Source: Candidatus Woesearchaeota archaeon (lineage in GTDB: Archaea; Nanobdellota; Nanobdellia; Woesearchaeales; JACPBV01). From it: a DNA stretch of 64,000 nucleotides. Made by a program: the position numbers and the translations under genes. The stretch lies in assembly GCA_016180135.1 (NCBI GenBank), contig JACPBV010000023.1, positions 7,405-71,404 of the forward strand, in the 5' to 3' direction. Below, piece by piece: positions 46,358 through 55,835 of this stretch. Each line of letters starts with the position of its first letter. Position 1 is the stretch's first letter. A model generated the notes under the pieces. The model searched no databases. It saw nothing but the letters and a program-made list of their open reading frames with translations, and had not been told where the DNA came from.

Positions 46358-46918
46358 TCAAAAATCAAGGGATACGTCGCAAAACTGCAGCAGCTCGTCG
46401 ATAAGCTCCTGATCCTTATTTTTACGCAGCGATACGATGATTCCCTTAACCTTCCACACCCTCATCTTGCTGGCCAAAAAATGGATGAACCTCGCCACGG
46501 AACCGACATTATTGTAAAGCAGGAGCGTTGAAAGCGAATCAAAGAAAACAAAGCGCTCTTCTGACGGCAGCGCCCGGACAGCCTGGTCCATCGCGATGGA
46601 GATGTCGCTGAGATTATTCGGCGCGCCGATAAACAGGCATTGCTTGGTCTTCTCTGATTTCCCGCCAGCTGTCTTGGTGACAGCATCGATGAAGATGATC
46701 ATGCGCGCATCGACACGGGCCCTTGCCAAGGCTTCTGCCAGCGTCGCAAAGGGCTTGTTCAGGGTCACATAGACTCCAGGGATATTCTCCTCATCCGTCA
46801 GGTGCCTGATGATCTCAAGATTGGTCTTCTCATATTTCTTTGCATCAACAGTTGCGATCGCGACGTAATGCTTTAGCGCCTTAAGCTTTTTTGCAAATTC
46901 CTTCCCGACAGATTCCAT
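46358..46918 (-). CDS. KaiC/RecA-fold ATPase-like protein lacking an obvious Walker A
   Basis: PGVYVTLNKP, IIFIDA, VFFDSLSTLLLYN, VARFIHFL. Confidence 0.7.
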   Translation of the reverse strand: MESVGKEFAKKLKALKHYVAIATVDAKKYEKTNLEIIRHLTDEENIPGVYVTLNKPFATLAEALARARVDARMIIFIDAVTKTAGGKSEKTKQCLFIGAPNNLSDISIAMDQAVRALPSEERFVFFDSLSTLLLYNNVGSVARFIHFLASKMRVWKVKGIIVSLRKNKDQELIDELLQFCDVSLDF

Positions 46919-47068
46919 ACCCTAACTTTGCTGCGCAGCCTATTTAAATATTGTTCTTTTTGCTTGGATTGCAGGAGATACTGAATAATCCGACACAAAG
47001 TTAAACTGTTACAGGGCAACGCAAGTTTTAAATACTTCGCAAAGGAAAATCAGGAGCAGGTGCACCAA

Positions 47069-47830
47069 ATGGCGTATAAAGTTAAAATTGCTGAAAAAGC
47101 AAATCCTGCTGAAAAGGTCAATCGCGCAGATTTGGCTAAGACAGGGATTGCTGGACTTGATACTATCCTTAAGGGGGGCATCCGGAAAGGCTCCTCAGTG
47201 CTGGTCACCGGCCCGCCAGGATGCGGAAAGACGATTCTTGCCATCCAGTTCATCGTCGAAGGGGCAAAGCAAAGCGAAGCAGGCGTTTACATCACCTCAG
47301 AGGAGAACATCGAGGATATCAGGAGCTATGCAGAGGCATTGGGCCTTGACCTCAAAGGGCTTGAAAAGAAGGGCCTTATCACCCTTGTCCGTCAGGAGCT
47401 CTCCCCTAAAAAACTCATGAGCATCGCAACCCCCCTAAAGCTCATCAAAGACAGGCATATACAGAGAGTTGTCCTGGATTCATTGACGATTTTTGAATAT
47501 GCCTATTATCCTGAAGAGGTCAACTATCGGAGAGAGGTGTTTGCCTTTATCGGCGAGATGGAAAATGCTGGAGTTACCCTCCTTTCCATTGCAGAAAAGT
47601 CTGTACCCAACCTCGATGAGATCCTTTACCAGCCGGTGGATTTTCTTTTTGACGGGCTTATCATCATGGCAAAGATAAGGAACGAGACCTCTTTCGAGCA
47701 CGTCATCATGGTATCCAAGATGCGCGGGCAGGATCATGAGCTGAATATATTCCCATTTATCATCAAGCGTGGAGGGATTGAAGTCTATCCGGACCAGCTG
47801 CCGTTCAATCTCTTTGGAAAGGGCAAGTGA
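47069..47830 (+). CDS. RAD55/KaiC-like ATPase
   Basis: TGIAGLDTILKGG, VTGPPGCGKT, RVVLDSL, FDGLI, SKMRGQDH. Confidence 0.92.
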   Translation: MAYKVKIAEKANPAEKVNRADLAKTGIAGLDTILKGGIRKGSSVLVTGPPGCGKTILAIQFIVEGAKQSEAGVYITSEENIEDIRSYAEALGLDLKGLEKKGLITLVRQELSPKKLMSIATPLKLIKDRHIQRVVLDSLTIFEYAYYPEEVNYRREVFAFIGEMENAGVTLLSIAEKSVPNLDEILYQPVDFLFDGLIIMAKIRNETSFEHVIMVSKMRGQDHELNIFPFIIKRGGIEVYPDQLPFNLFGKGK

Positions 47831-48597
47831 GGATTCTGATGGCGGCACAATCAAAAGGGGCATCAAACAAATCGCCTGTCTTGCGCAAATCTTCAAAGAG
47901 GCAGGTAATCCGGCGTGTTTCTACAGGAATCTCAGGCCTTGATCCCATGATCCAGGGCGGCCTGAAGAAAAACAGCGTTAACCTTATCGCAGGAGGGGCT
48001 GGGACGGGAAAAAGCATTTTCTCAACACAGTTTATCATCGAGGGGATCCTAAAGGGAGAGCCCGGAATCTACATCACTTTTGAAGAGAAAAAAAAGAAGT
48101 TCTACGAGGATATGAAAGATTTTGGATGGGACCTCCAGGCCTTTGAAGATAATGGCCTTTTTGTCTTCCTTGAATATGCGCCGGAACAGGTCAAGAGCAT
48201 CCTGACTGAAGGCGGAGGGATAGTTGAGTCTATCATCGAGAAGCTTAAGGCCAAAAGGATTGTTATTGACTCTATCACTTCCTTTTCTCTCTTATATGAA
48301 GATGAGCTTACTAAGAAGGAAGCTGCTCTGCGCCTCTTTGAGCTTATCGACAGTTGGGACTGCACGGCGCTCCTGACTTCTCAGGATGAATCCCGCAACG
48401 GCGGAGCCATCTCGACTGCGCTTGAATTTGAGGTTGACGGCATCATCCTGCTGTATCATGTCAAGGAAAAAGGCCTGAGGAAGAGGGGGCTGGAGATCCT
48501 CAAGATGCGCGGCACAAAAATTCCCGAAAGGACTTTTTCCATCGAGATAACGGGGAAGGGGATAGCGGTAAATCCGAAGAAGATAATTGATTGGTAA
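47827..48597 (+). CDS. RAD55/KaiC-like ATPase
   Basis: STGISGLDPMIQGG, AGGAGTGKS, RIVIDSI, VDGIILL, LEILKMRGT. Confidence 0.92.
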   Translation: MRILMAAQSKGASNKSPVLRKSSKRQVIRRVSTGISGLDPMIQGGLKKNSVNLIAGGAGTGKSIFSTQFIIEGILKGEPGIYITFEEKKKKFYEDMKDFGWDLQAFEDNGLFVFLEYAPEQVKSILTEGGGIVESIIEKLKAKRIVIDSITSFSLLYEDELTKKEAALRLFELIDSWDCTALLTSQDESRNGGAISTALEFEVDGIILLYHVKEKGLRKRGLEILKMRGTKIPERTFSIEITGKGIAVNPKKIIDW

Positions 48598-48681
48598 TCA
48601 GCTATTATTAAGGTGCTGGTGATTTCTTGATTTTGATTAATCAGGCCAGAAAGATTTTTATAGGGGGAGGATTTTCTGCAA

Positions 48682-49245
48682 ATGATGGATGCTCTCCCAA
48701 CAAACGGAAAAGCTGCTTCCCTTGGAGATTATTTTATTTTGGCGCTCTTCGATCCATCTGGAAGTTATGGGGCATTAAGGCTTCTTTGGAAAGTTCCCTC
48801 TGATGAGCAATGGGATGGACTGCCCCGGAAAATAAAACAGTTGATGGAAATTATTGAAGGGAACACTCCAAGAGAATATGCGATCCCCGATGGCGGGCGC
48901 TTGGGGTATGCATCTTTCCAGGCACCGAATCCTTCTGAAGCCCGCAAGATTCTAAGCAGGCTGGAATGCCAGTTTGAAGGTATAGAACTTCCCTATACGG
49001 TGATTTGTCTGGAGAGCTGGAATTTAGGGGAGAACGGAGGGGAGGGGAATCTGCCTGATTCAGTTAGTGAACTGGACGAGATGATTTTAAATCGTGGAAG
49101 AAACAACTTTTTGGACAATCCCTCCAATGAAATGATTGGAGTATTTCCTTACAGGCAAACCGCAATCCAGATTAGGGAAAAAGAGGCGGCAGAGGCAAAA
49201 AGGGCTGAACCATCCATAGCAAAAGCTCAGAAAATTCCTCATTGA
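48682..49245 (+). CDS. Hypothetical protein
   Basis: 187-aa ORF with an upstream TATA and GGAGG. Confidence 0.6.
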   Translation: MMDALPTNGKAASLGDYFILALFDPSGSYGALRLLWKVPSDEQWDGLPRKIKQLMEIIEGNTPREYAIPDGGRLGYASFQAPNPSEARKILSRLECQFEGIELPYTVICLESWNLGENGGEGNLPDSVSELDEMILNRGRNNFLDNPSNEMIGVFPYRQTAIQIREKEAAEAKRAEPSIAKAQKIPH

Positions 49246-49305
49246 CGATTCTTCCCTCCAGGATTCCCAAACCTTTTTATAGAATTTCCCGAATTCTTCT
49301 GAATT

Positions 49306-50247
49306 ATGTATGAGCTAGTCATCACTGAAAAGCCGCAGGCTGCGTCAAAGATAGCGGAAGCGTTGGCTGACTATAAGCCGATTAAGGAAAATTTTCAGGG
49401 AGTCCCTTACTACAAGATCACCCATGGCGGGAAAGATATCATCGTCGGATGCGCTGTCGGCCATCTTTTTGGGCTTGAGCAGAAAACAGGGAAGAAAGGT
49501 GAATTTCCTGTCTTTGACATTGATTGGGCGCCGTCGCACGAAGCCAAAAAGGAGTCTGCCTTTTCCAAAAAATACCTCAATGCCCTGAAGCACCTTTCCA
49601 AAGATGCCGGGGAGTTTACTGTCGCAACAGATTATGATGTTGAAGGGGAAGTCATCGGGCTGAATGTCGTAAGGTATATCTGTAAGAAAAAAGATGCCAA
49701 CAGGATGAAGTTCTCGACGCTGACAAAGCCTGACCTTGTTGAGGCCTACGAAAACAAATCACCTCATCTCGACTGGGGGCAGGCAAAGGCCGGGGAAACA
49801 AGGCATAAGATGGACTGGTTCCACGGCATCAATTATTCGAGGGCATTGACTTCTGCTGTCAAAACAACCGGGTCATTCAAGCTGATGTCCACCGGAAGAG
49901 TTCAGGGCCCGGCATTAAAAATTATCGTCGACAGGGAAAAAGAAATCCGGGCATTTAAGCCGGTCCCCTTCTGGCAGCTCCAGCTCTTAGGCAGCGTCAA
50001 TAGGGGGGATATCGAGGCATGGCACCAGAAGGACAAGTTCTGGGAGCAGAAAGAAGCCGATGCGATTTTTCAGAAAGTCAGGAGTGAGAAACAGGGTGTT
50101 GTCTCTAATATTGAAAAGAGCCAGTTCAGGCAAAGCCCTCCGGTGCCCTTTGACCTGACAACCCTCCAGACAGAATCCTACCGCTGCTTTGGGATCCAGC
50201 CAAAGGATGAAAAAGCCATTGGTTCCGAACAATGGGAAGAAAAGTGA
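49306..50247 (+). CDS. topA: DNA topoisomerase IA, N-terminal part (frame broken at about 50207)
   Basis: LVITEKPQAA, AVGHLF, VATDYDVEGEVIG, STGRVQGPAL, PFDLTTLQ. Confidence 0.92.
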   Translation: MYELVITEKPQAASKIAEALADYKPIKENFQGVPYYKITHGGKDIIVGCAVGHLFGLEQKTGKKGEFPVFDIDWAPSHEAKKESAFSKKYLNALKHLSKDAGEFTVATDYDVEGEVIGLNVVRYICKKKDANRMKFSTLTKPDLVEAYENKSPHLDWGQAKAGETRHKMDWFHGINYSRALTSAVKTTGSFKLMSTGRVQGPALKIIVDREKEIRAFKPVPFWQLQLLGSVNRGDIEAWHQKDKFWEQKEADAIFQKVRSEKQGVVSNIEKSQFRQSPPVPFDLTTLQTESYRCFGIQPKDEKAIGSEQWEEK

Positions 50248-51370
50248 TCCTGCCCATCCTGCCATCTATCCGACGGGGATGCAGCCTGAGCTTGATTCAC
50301 GCTCTGGGAAAATCTATGATATCATCGTCAAGCGGTTTATGGCAGTTTTTGGCGAGCCTGCAGTGCGGGAAACAATCACTATGTCGGTTGATGTCAGGAA
50401 AGAGATTTTTATCGCAAAGGGCACCAGGACTGTTGAGAGGGGCTGGCACAGGTTTTATGCCCCGTATGTATCGCTTGAAGAAGTTGAGCTGCCCAAAGTT
50501 GAAAAGGGTAATGTCGTGGCCATCAAAAAGCTCAATCTCCTGTCAAAAGAGACCCAGCCCCCAAAAAGATTCACTCCGGCATCCATCATCAGGGAATTGG
50601 AGAAAAGAAACCTTGGGACAAAAGCGACACGCGCATCTATCGTCGATACTTTGTTCCAGAGAGGCTATGTCCATGGCCAGACGATCCAGGCGACCGAGCT
50701 CGGCATCCGCACGATCGATACCCTTTCTGAATATGTTCCTGAGATTGTCGATGAGCAGATGACAAGGCATTTTGAAGATGAGATGGATGAGATCCGTGAA
50801 AACAAGAAAAGCCCGGATGATGTCCTGGAGGAGGTCAGGGGCGAGATTACCAAGATCTCAAAAAATTTCAAATCAAAGGCGAAAGACATCGGGAAAAAGC
50901 TCCTCAGCGCCCAGATTGAGACAAGGGATGCGATGACAACGCTCGGCCCGTGCCCAACCTGCAAAGAAGGAAACCTTCAGCTCAGGCGAGGGAAGTTTGG
51001 AGCTTTTGCAGCATGCAACAAATACCCTGAATGCAAGACAACGTTTTCGCTGCCGGCCCATACGATGATTGTGCCGTCAGGAAAAATCTGCGAGACCTGC
51101 AGCCATCCGATGGTCAAGAAGATCATGAAGAAAAAACAGCCCCAGGATTTCTGCTTAAATCCGGAATGCAAATCAAAATATCTCGAAGGCGAGGCAGGAA
51201 AGACAGCAAAGGCTATCGCCCAGGGAAAAGTCGAAAAGAAATGCTCAAAATGCGATACAGGAAACATGGTTTTGAGGAAGTCGATCTACGGGATGTTTTT
51301 AGGATGTTCAAATTATCCGAAGTGCAAAAATATTGAGAAATTGGAGAATAATAATTTACATTCGAAATAA
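50189..51370 (+). CDS. topA: DNA topoisomerase IA, C-terminal part with Zn ribbons
   Basis: DPAHPAIYPTG, TQPPKRFT, LGTKATRASI, T..FEDEMD and three CxxC ribbons; the catalytic ISYPRT segment is absent at the junction. Confidence 0.9.
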   Translation: MGSSQRMKKPLVPNNGKKSDPAHPAIYPTGMQPELDSRSGKIYDIIVKRFMAVFGEPAVRETITMSVDVRKEIFIAKGTRTVERGWHRFYAPYVSLEEVELPKVEKGNVVAIKKLNLLSKETQPPKRFTPASIIRELEKRNLGTKATRASIVDTLFQRGYVHGQTIQATELGIRTIDTLSEYVPEIVDEQMTRHFEDEMDEIRENKKSPDDVLEEVRGEITKISKNFKSKAKDIGKKLLSAQIETRDAMTTLGPCPTCKEGNLQLRRGKFGAFAACNKYPECKTTFSLPAHTMIVPSGKICETCSHPMVKKIMKKKQPQDFCLNPECKSKYLEGEAGKTAKAIAQGKVEKKCSKCDTGNMVLRKSIYGMFLGCSNYPKCKNIEKLENNNLHSK

Positions 51371-51516
51371 CAGATTATCGGGCTATAAAGCTTTTTCTGC
51401 AATTTTTAGGAATGCATCATAATATCTTTCCTAACTATATAGAGATTCCTTGCTTTCAATAAGGAGGATTTACAAATCAGAAACATCTAAATACTTTAAT
51501 CAACTAAATGTAGTCT

Positions 51517-51753
51517 ATGGGAGCTATCACTATCAAAATCAAGGATAAAATTGAAAAAGAATATCTGGAATCGGTGAAGGAAGAGAAATGCCCAGGAAAG
51601 GGAAAGCTCGGTGAGGCTGTTGGAGAAGCCCTGTGGTCATGGGCTGAACAGCAGAAGCAGAAGCATCTGGCTCAGGAACTAACCCAAATGATGAAAGAGG
51701 GTTTTTCAATGGGGCAGTTGAAGGTTAAGGGCAGGGATGGGCTCTATGAGTGA
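51517..51753 (+). CDS. RHH-like antitoxin
   Basis: MGAITIKIKDKIEKEY...EAVGEAL...MKEGFSMG...RDGLYE; overlaps a PIN-domain start. Confidence 0.75.
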   Translation: MGAITIKIKDKIEKEYLESVKEEKCPGKGKLGEAVGEALWSWAEQQKQKHLAQELTQMMKEGFSMGQLKVKGRDGLYE

Positions 51754-51832
51754 CAGCCATGCCCCGATAGACTCAAATATATTGGTTTATGCGTTCGATA
51801 AGGATGAGAGGGATTCCTTTGCTTGGCTTTGA
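51746..51832 (+). pseudogene. Truncated vapC 5' fragment
   Basis: MSDSHAPIDSNILVYAFDKDE, then abruptly unrelated sequence. Confidence 0.75.
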
Positions 51833-51926
51833 TGTCAGGACAGTCGGAAACAGGCGCCTTGTTGCCATTAACACAACTAAAAATGGCCCTCAGGTCTATA
51901 CATTGAAATGATGTGGCATCAAGATT

Positions 51927-52274
51927 TTAAGCCTTTCTTACCATAAGCCCATCTTGCGCTATCGGAAACACCTTAACTTTTTGCCCTTGCTTAAGGTTTA
52001 AATGTTCTGCCAATTCATGGGGTATCCCAACAACAAGGCTCTTGCCGCTCACAATCACTTTCCTTTCAAATCCAAAGGTGTATTCCTTCAGCTCATTTGT
52101 TCTGGCTTTCATCTCTTTAGCCTGTGCTTCGGTAAAAAACACTTTCCCGCATTTATTGCATCGAAAAGCAGACGCATTGTGCATCACATACCCTTCCTCG
52201 TATTCGTATTTTGGCAATAATACCTCCTGCATCTCTTCGTCGCATTTAGCGCAGTAAGGCACGTTTTCTTTCAT
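51927..52274 (-). CDS. YgiT/MqsA-type zinc finger plus AbrB-like antitoxin
   Basis: CAKC...AFRCNKCGKVFF; RKVIVSGKSLVVGIP..LAEHLNLKQGQKV; ATGA overlap with the upstream gene. Confidence 0.85.
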   Translation of the reverse strand: MKENVPYCAKCDEEMQEVLLPKYEYEEGYVMHNASAFRCNKCGKVFFTEAQAKEMKARTNELKEYTFGFERKVIVSGKSLVVGIPHELAEHLNLKQGQKVKVFPIAQDGLMVRKA

Positions 52275-52516
52275 TTGTTTTGCCATTTTTTCCTCCTGAT
52301 TGTGTAGCAGGTTATGATTCTTTGAATTTCTTGCCTATGAGTGTAAATGACCATTATTGTCTTGTCTTTTAAATCAAGCTTCTTCCCATGCCGTATTTCC
52401 CCATTGACAATCTGCTTTATCTCCAGTTCTCCATGCTCCAAACATTCCATAATCTCTTCTTCGGTGATGCCATCCTCTTCCATTGCGGCTTTGGCATGCT
52501 CCGAAATCTCAATCAT
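52271..52516 (-). CDS. DUF4258-like (RelE-fold) putative toxin
   Basis: ISEHAKAAMEEDGITEEEI.ECL..G...IMVIY......IITCY. Confidence 0.78.
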   Translation of the reverse strand: MIEISEHAKAAMEEDGITEEEIMECLEHGELEIKQIVNGEIRHGKKLDLKDKTIMVIYTHRQEIQRIITCYTIRRKKWQNK

Positions 52517-52690
52517 TATCAATCACTTATCTGATAATTATCCTACTTTATAAACTTTTTGTTAATTTCGCCGTAATAGTAAAACCCTTATAGCCATCTC
52601 CCTTTATCAGATACTTTTTCCATCTGCATTTAATCAGGCACCTTTTCATCAAATGAAACATTTTTAAGGCCTGCTGGAACTCCCTCAGGA

Positions 52691-53671
52691 ATGTATGAAG
52701 CAAAAGAGGGCACGGTCATCAGGCATGGTAATCTCCAATATCAGCTGGCAAAGAAAATGGGCTGCGAAGGCCATTTCTGTTTTTATGGTTTTGTTGGGGA
52801 GGATGTGCAGGATAGAAAGCAGAGGGGGCCTGCATTTTTTAAAATTTCTCCGGATTTATCTGAATTAAGCCTATCAACACTCAGTTTTGAAGTCGAAAAG
52901 AGATTTATCGGCGATATATGCCTAAGCGGCTTGGCCGGGTTTCGGCCGCCAGGTTTGGCCATCCCGACAGAAATGTTTGAGACAACAGGGCCAAGAGATG
53001 AAAAGAAGCATTGGGGTGTCAGGGTTTTCCATTATTTCCAAGAGGGGGCTGTTGATGATATCAATGAGCGCCAGGAAAAGCCGTTGGATATTGCAAGGAC
53101 AGTAAAAATATTGATGGATGTCTCTCAGGGATTGGCCTTTATGCACGAAAGGGATTGCCTTCATCGGGACATAAAGCCATCAAATATCCTTGTGGATAGG
53201 GAGAGCGGTTATCTCGCAGATTTTGACATTTATCATGGGCCTTCGGTGAGGGGACTTTCAATAGGGGGGGTAAGTTTGGATGACCCGAAATATTTTAGGG
53301 GGACTAAAGATTTTATTTGCCCGGAAATAATCCCAAGCCATTCTGCTATCTTTCCAAAGATTGATATGCAGAGGTTTGACATGCGCTCTGATATTTATCA
53401 TCTTGGGATGTCCTTTTTCATTGCAATAACTGATGAGCATCCCTTGGGTGTCGGTGATGATGACTCTTTATATTTGCAGATGAGGAAGGCATTATTCCAG
53501 GAGCCACGGAAGGCAGCTGAGATTAACCCTGCGATTCCTCCCGAAGCAGATAAGATCATCCAAAAAGCCTTGGAAAAGGATCCCGACAAGAGGCAGCAGA
53601 CTGCAGAAGAATTTCGGCAGGAGCTTTATGGCCTGTTGCTGCTCCTGATGAATAAACGAGAGGAACGATAG
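52691..53671 (+). CDS. Hanks-type Ser/Thr protein kinase
   Basis: LHRDIKPSNILV, LADFDI, GTKDFICPE, SDIYHLG, ALEKDPDKR. Confidence 0.92.
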   Translation: MYEAKEGTVIRHGNLQYQLAKKMGCEGHFCFYGFVGEDVQDRKQRGPAFFKISPDLSELSLSTLSFEVEKRFIGDICLSGLAGFRPPGLAIPTEMFETTGPRDEKKHWGVRVFHYFQEGAVDDINERQEKPLDIARTVKILMDVSQGLAFMHERDCLHRDIKPSNILVDRESGYLADFDIYHGPSVRGLSIGGVSLDDPKYFRGTKDFICPEIIPSHSAIFPKIDMQRFDMRSDIYHLGMSFFIAITDEHPLGVGDDDSLYLQMRKALFQEPRKAAEINPAIPPEADKIIQKALEKDPDKRQQTAEEFRQELYGLLLLLMNKREER

Positions 53672-53738
53672 GGCAATAAGTTTTGGGCTGGATGGTCAGC
53701 GTCGGGATATATTAGTTTTTAACGATGGAAGGTCTTTT

Positions 53739-54665
53739 ATGCTGGAAAAAATATGCCTGCAGGCCAGGCTGGGATTGAGGTATCTGGACGGAAAAAAGCT
53801 TCGTGAAGATTGGGATAGAGTTGGCTGGCAATATTTTAGGGAGCGTGAGCATGAAATATTGAGCAGATGGCAAGACCGCATTCTTTTGGGCATTGACAAA
53901 AGCTGGACATCTCTGCCAGGCCACACAATAAGGATGCTTACGATAAGGTCGCTTTGGTTTGAGAGCCAGTGGGAAGAGCTTTTTCATGCTCGTGGCCAAG
54001 ATGGAAACGGCCGGGGGTTTGCCTGTATCAATGGCAGTAAAAAAGAGATTATCCCTGAACCGCATTTATCTCCTTTTGGTAATGGTGAAGACAGCATGGT
54101 TGTGTTTGTCCATCCGGGATACGCTTTTGCTCATCCATGCCACCAGCCACCGGAAGTCACTCAAAGGCTTGAAAGATATAATGATTATCTCGGAAATATC
54201 AGGGAGCTGATGGAATATCTAGGCGGTAAAGGCTATCCTCCGATGCGGTTTATTGAAGAAGACGTTTTTTTTGAGATTGAACACCACAAGAGTCTCTTTC
54301 TTCCGGGCAATGGGGAAATTTGCCTGATAACGAAGAATCAGTGCGCTGTTTTGGCCGAGAAACCCGATCACCCAAGTTTTCGCCAGGAATCAATATTTCC
54401 GTATCTTGCGGCAAATGGAATCAAACATGTTTATCTTTCCGGTGAATTTGTTTACCGGGTTGCTCAAATTCCTGTTGACAACCCTATCACCCGTTCATGC
54501 CTTGGTGTTGTTTATGACAGGTTCATGGGCGAAGGATTTGATGTGAGGTTGGTGCAGGGCGCAGTTTTTCCGTCAACACCTCCGCATGAGGCGCCTTTGG
54601 GTTATTGGGCCAGCCAATACCAGAAGGCAATTCCTTTGGATGAACTTTTGAAGGTTATTGGCTGA
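53739..54665 (+). CDS. Hypothetical protein, possible isochorismatase/cysteine-hydrolase-like C-terminal domain
   Basis: VVFVHPGY...GIKHVYLSGE...CLGVVY....GFDVRLVQGA resembles that fold. Confidence 0.45.
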   Translation: MLEKICLQARLGLRYLDGKKLREDWDRVGWQYFREREHEILSRWQDRILLGIDKSWTSLPGHTIRMLTIRSLWFESQWEELFHARGQDGNGRGFACINGSKKEIIPEPHLSPFGNGEDSMVVFVHPGYAFAHPCHQPPEVTQRLERYNDYLGNIRELMEYLGGKGYPPMRFIEEDVFFEIEHHKSLFLPGNGEICLITKNQCAVLAEKPDHPSFRQESIFPYLAANGIKHVYLSGEFVYRVAQIPVDNPITRSCLGVVYDRFMGEGFDVRLVQGAVFPSTPPHEAPLGYWASQYQKAIPLDELLKVIG

Positions 54666-54718
54666 TTTAGGCATATCATTTATTATTTACCCAAGTGTGG
54701 GGCAGTAAAGATTCGAAA

Positions 54719-55408
54719 TCACTTCTTAGTTTTCCCATAAAACTCCACCCCATCCCCGAAATAAATCCCCTTGTGCAGCTTTACCGGCCTCCAGTCGTCA
54801 ATGACTAGCTCAGCCTTCAGCCAGCCTGCCAATTCTTCAGGATTTCCGATGGTAGCAGAAAGCGCGATGAGCTGGAACTTCTTGTTCAGCTCCTTGAGCA
54901 AAGTTATCAGGACTTCCAATGTCGGGCCTCTGCCTGCATCATTGAGCAGATGGACTTCGTCAACGACCAGTGTCTTGATCTGCTGCACCCAGGGGCAATG
55001 GTGCCTCAGCAGAGAATCCATCTTTTCGACGGTAAGGATAAGGACATCGTATTTTTGGAGATAGCCGGATGAGGAATCCAGGTCACCGGTGCTTATGCCG
55101 GCCTGATACTTTGTCCCCTCAAAGAGTTTTGTAAAATCCCTGAATTTCTCGCTTGCCAGCGCCTTTAAAGGCACAAGATAGACAGCTTTGGAATTTTGGT
55201 GTTCCACAAGATTCTTTGCCATCGCCAATAGTGCGATTGCTGTCTTTCCGGATCCTGTCGGAGTGCATGCAAGTATGCTTTTTCCCTCTAACAATCCTGC
55301 GTCGATGGCCTTGAGCTGGGCGGGGTTGAGCGTGGTGATGTTTTTTGCTTTGAAATATTCAATGAGAAAATCTGGAATACCCTTAGACTGCACATCAGAA
55401 AATTGCAT
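54719..55408 (-). CDS. Ski2/Hel308-like helicase, RecA1 domain only
   Basis: LNPAQ, PTGSGKT, VPLKALASEK, TVEKMDSLLR, VDEVH, LSATIGNPEELAGWL, WRPVKL, then stop. Confidence 0.88.
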   Translation of the reverse strand: MQFSDVQSKGIPDFLIEYFKAKNITTLNPAQLKAIDAGLLEGKSILACTPTGSGKTAIALLAMAKNLVEHQNSKAVYLVPLKALASEKFRDFTKLFEGTKYQAGISTGDLDSSSGYLQKYDVLILTVEKMDSLLRHHCPWVQQIKTLVVDEVHLLNDAGRGPTLEVLITLLKELNKKFQLIALSATIGNPEELAGWLKAELVIDDWRPVKLHKGIYFGDGVEFYGKTKK

Positions 55409-55461
55409 AAACGATGGACAAAAGGAAAGATTATTTAAATGCTGCGGGATTGCGGTGATTT

Positions 55462-55818
55462 ATGACCTCTCTCATCGTATGCCTCTCATCCGGCAAAGGA
55501 ACTGGAGCCCATGCCCTTAAGGTAATTGAAGGGATGGACTGGGAAAAGGTTTTTGTGGTTGCGCCGGAAGAGATGAAAGCCGAGATGCCAAATATCCCCA
55601 AAGGAGAGATTATCTTCATCAGCCTTCAGAAATCCCTGTCTGAAATGTCAGACCTCATCAAAGCTTGCCTCAAGGGAAAGATTTCCGACCTTGAAGTTGC
55701 CCTCAATATCATTTCCGGCTCAGGAAAAGAGCATATGGCGGTGCTGAAAGCGCTGATGGATTTAGGAATAGGCATCAGGCTGGTGGCGCTGACGAAAGAT
55801 GGGGTTAAGGTGTTATAA
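55462..55818 (+). CDS. Hypothetical protein
   Basis: LSSGKGTG...EVALNIISGSGKEHMA; compact ORF with an upstream TATA. Confidence 0.7.
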   Translation: MTSLIVCLSSGKGTGAHALKVIEGMDWEKVFVVAPEEMKAEMPNIPKGEIIFISLQKSLSEMSDLIKACLKGKISDLEVALNIISGSGKEHMAVLKALMDLGIGIRLVALTKDGVKVL

Positions 55819-55835
55819 GGCAGCAAATCATACTT

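Noticed and set aside
50189-50247. Programmed frameshift or natural split of topA
   Set aside because: Sequence containing the catalytic Tyr is missing, so frameshifting could not restore a functional enzyme; a deletion or assembly gap fits better.
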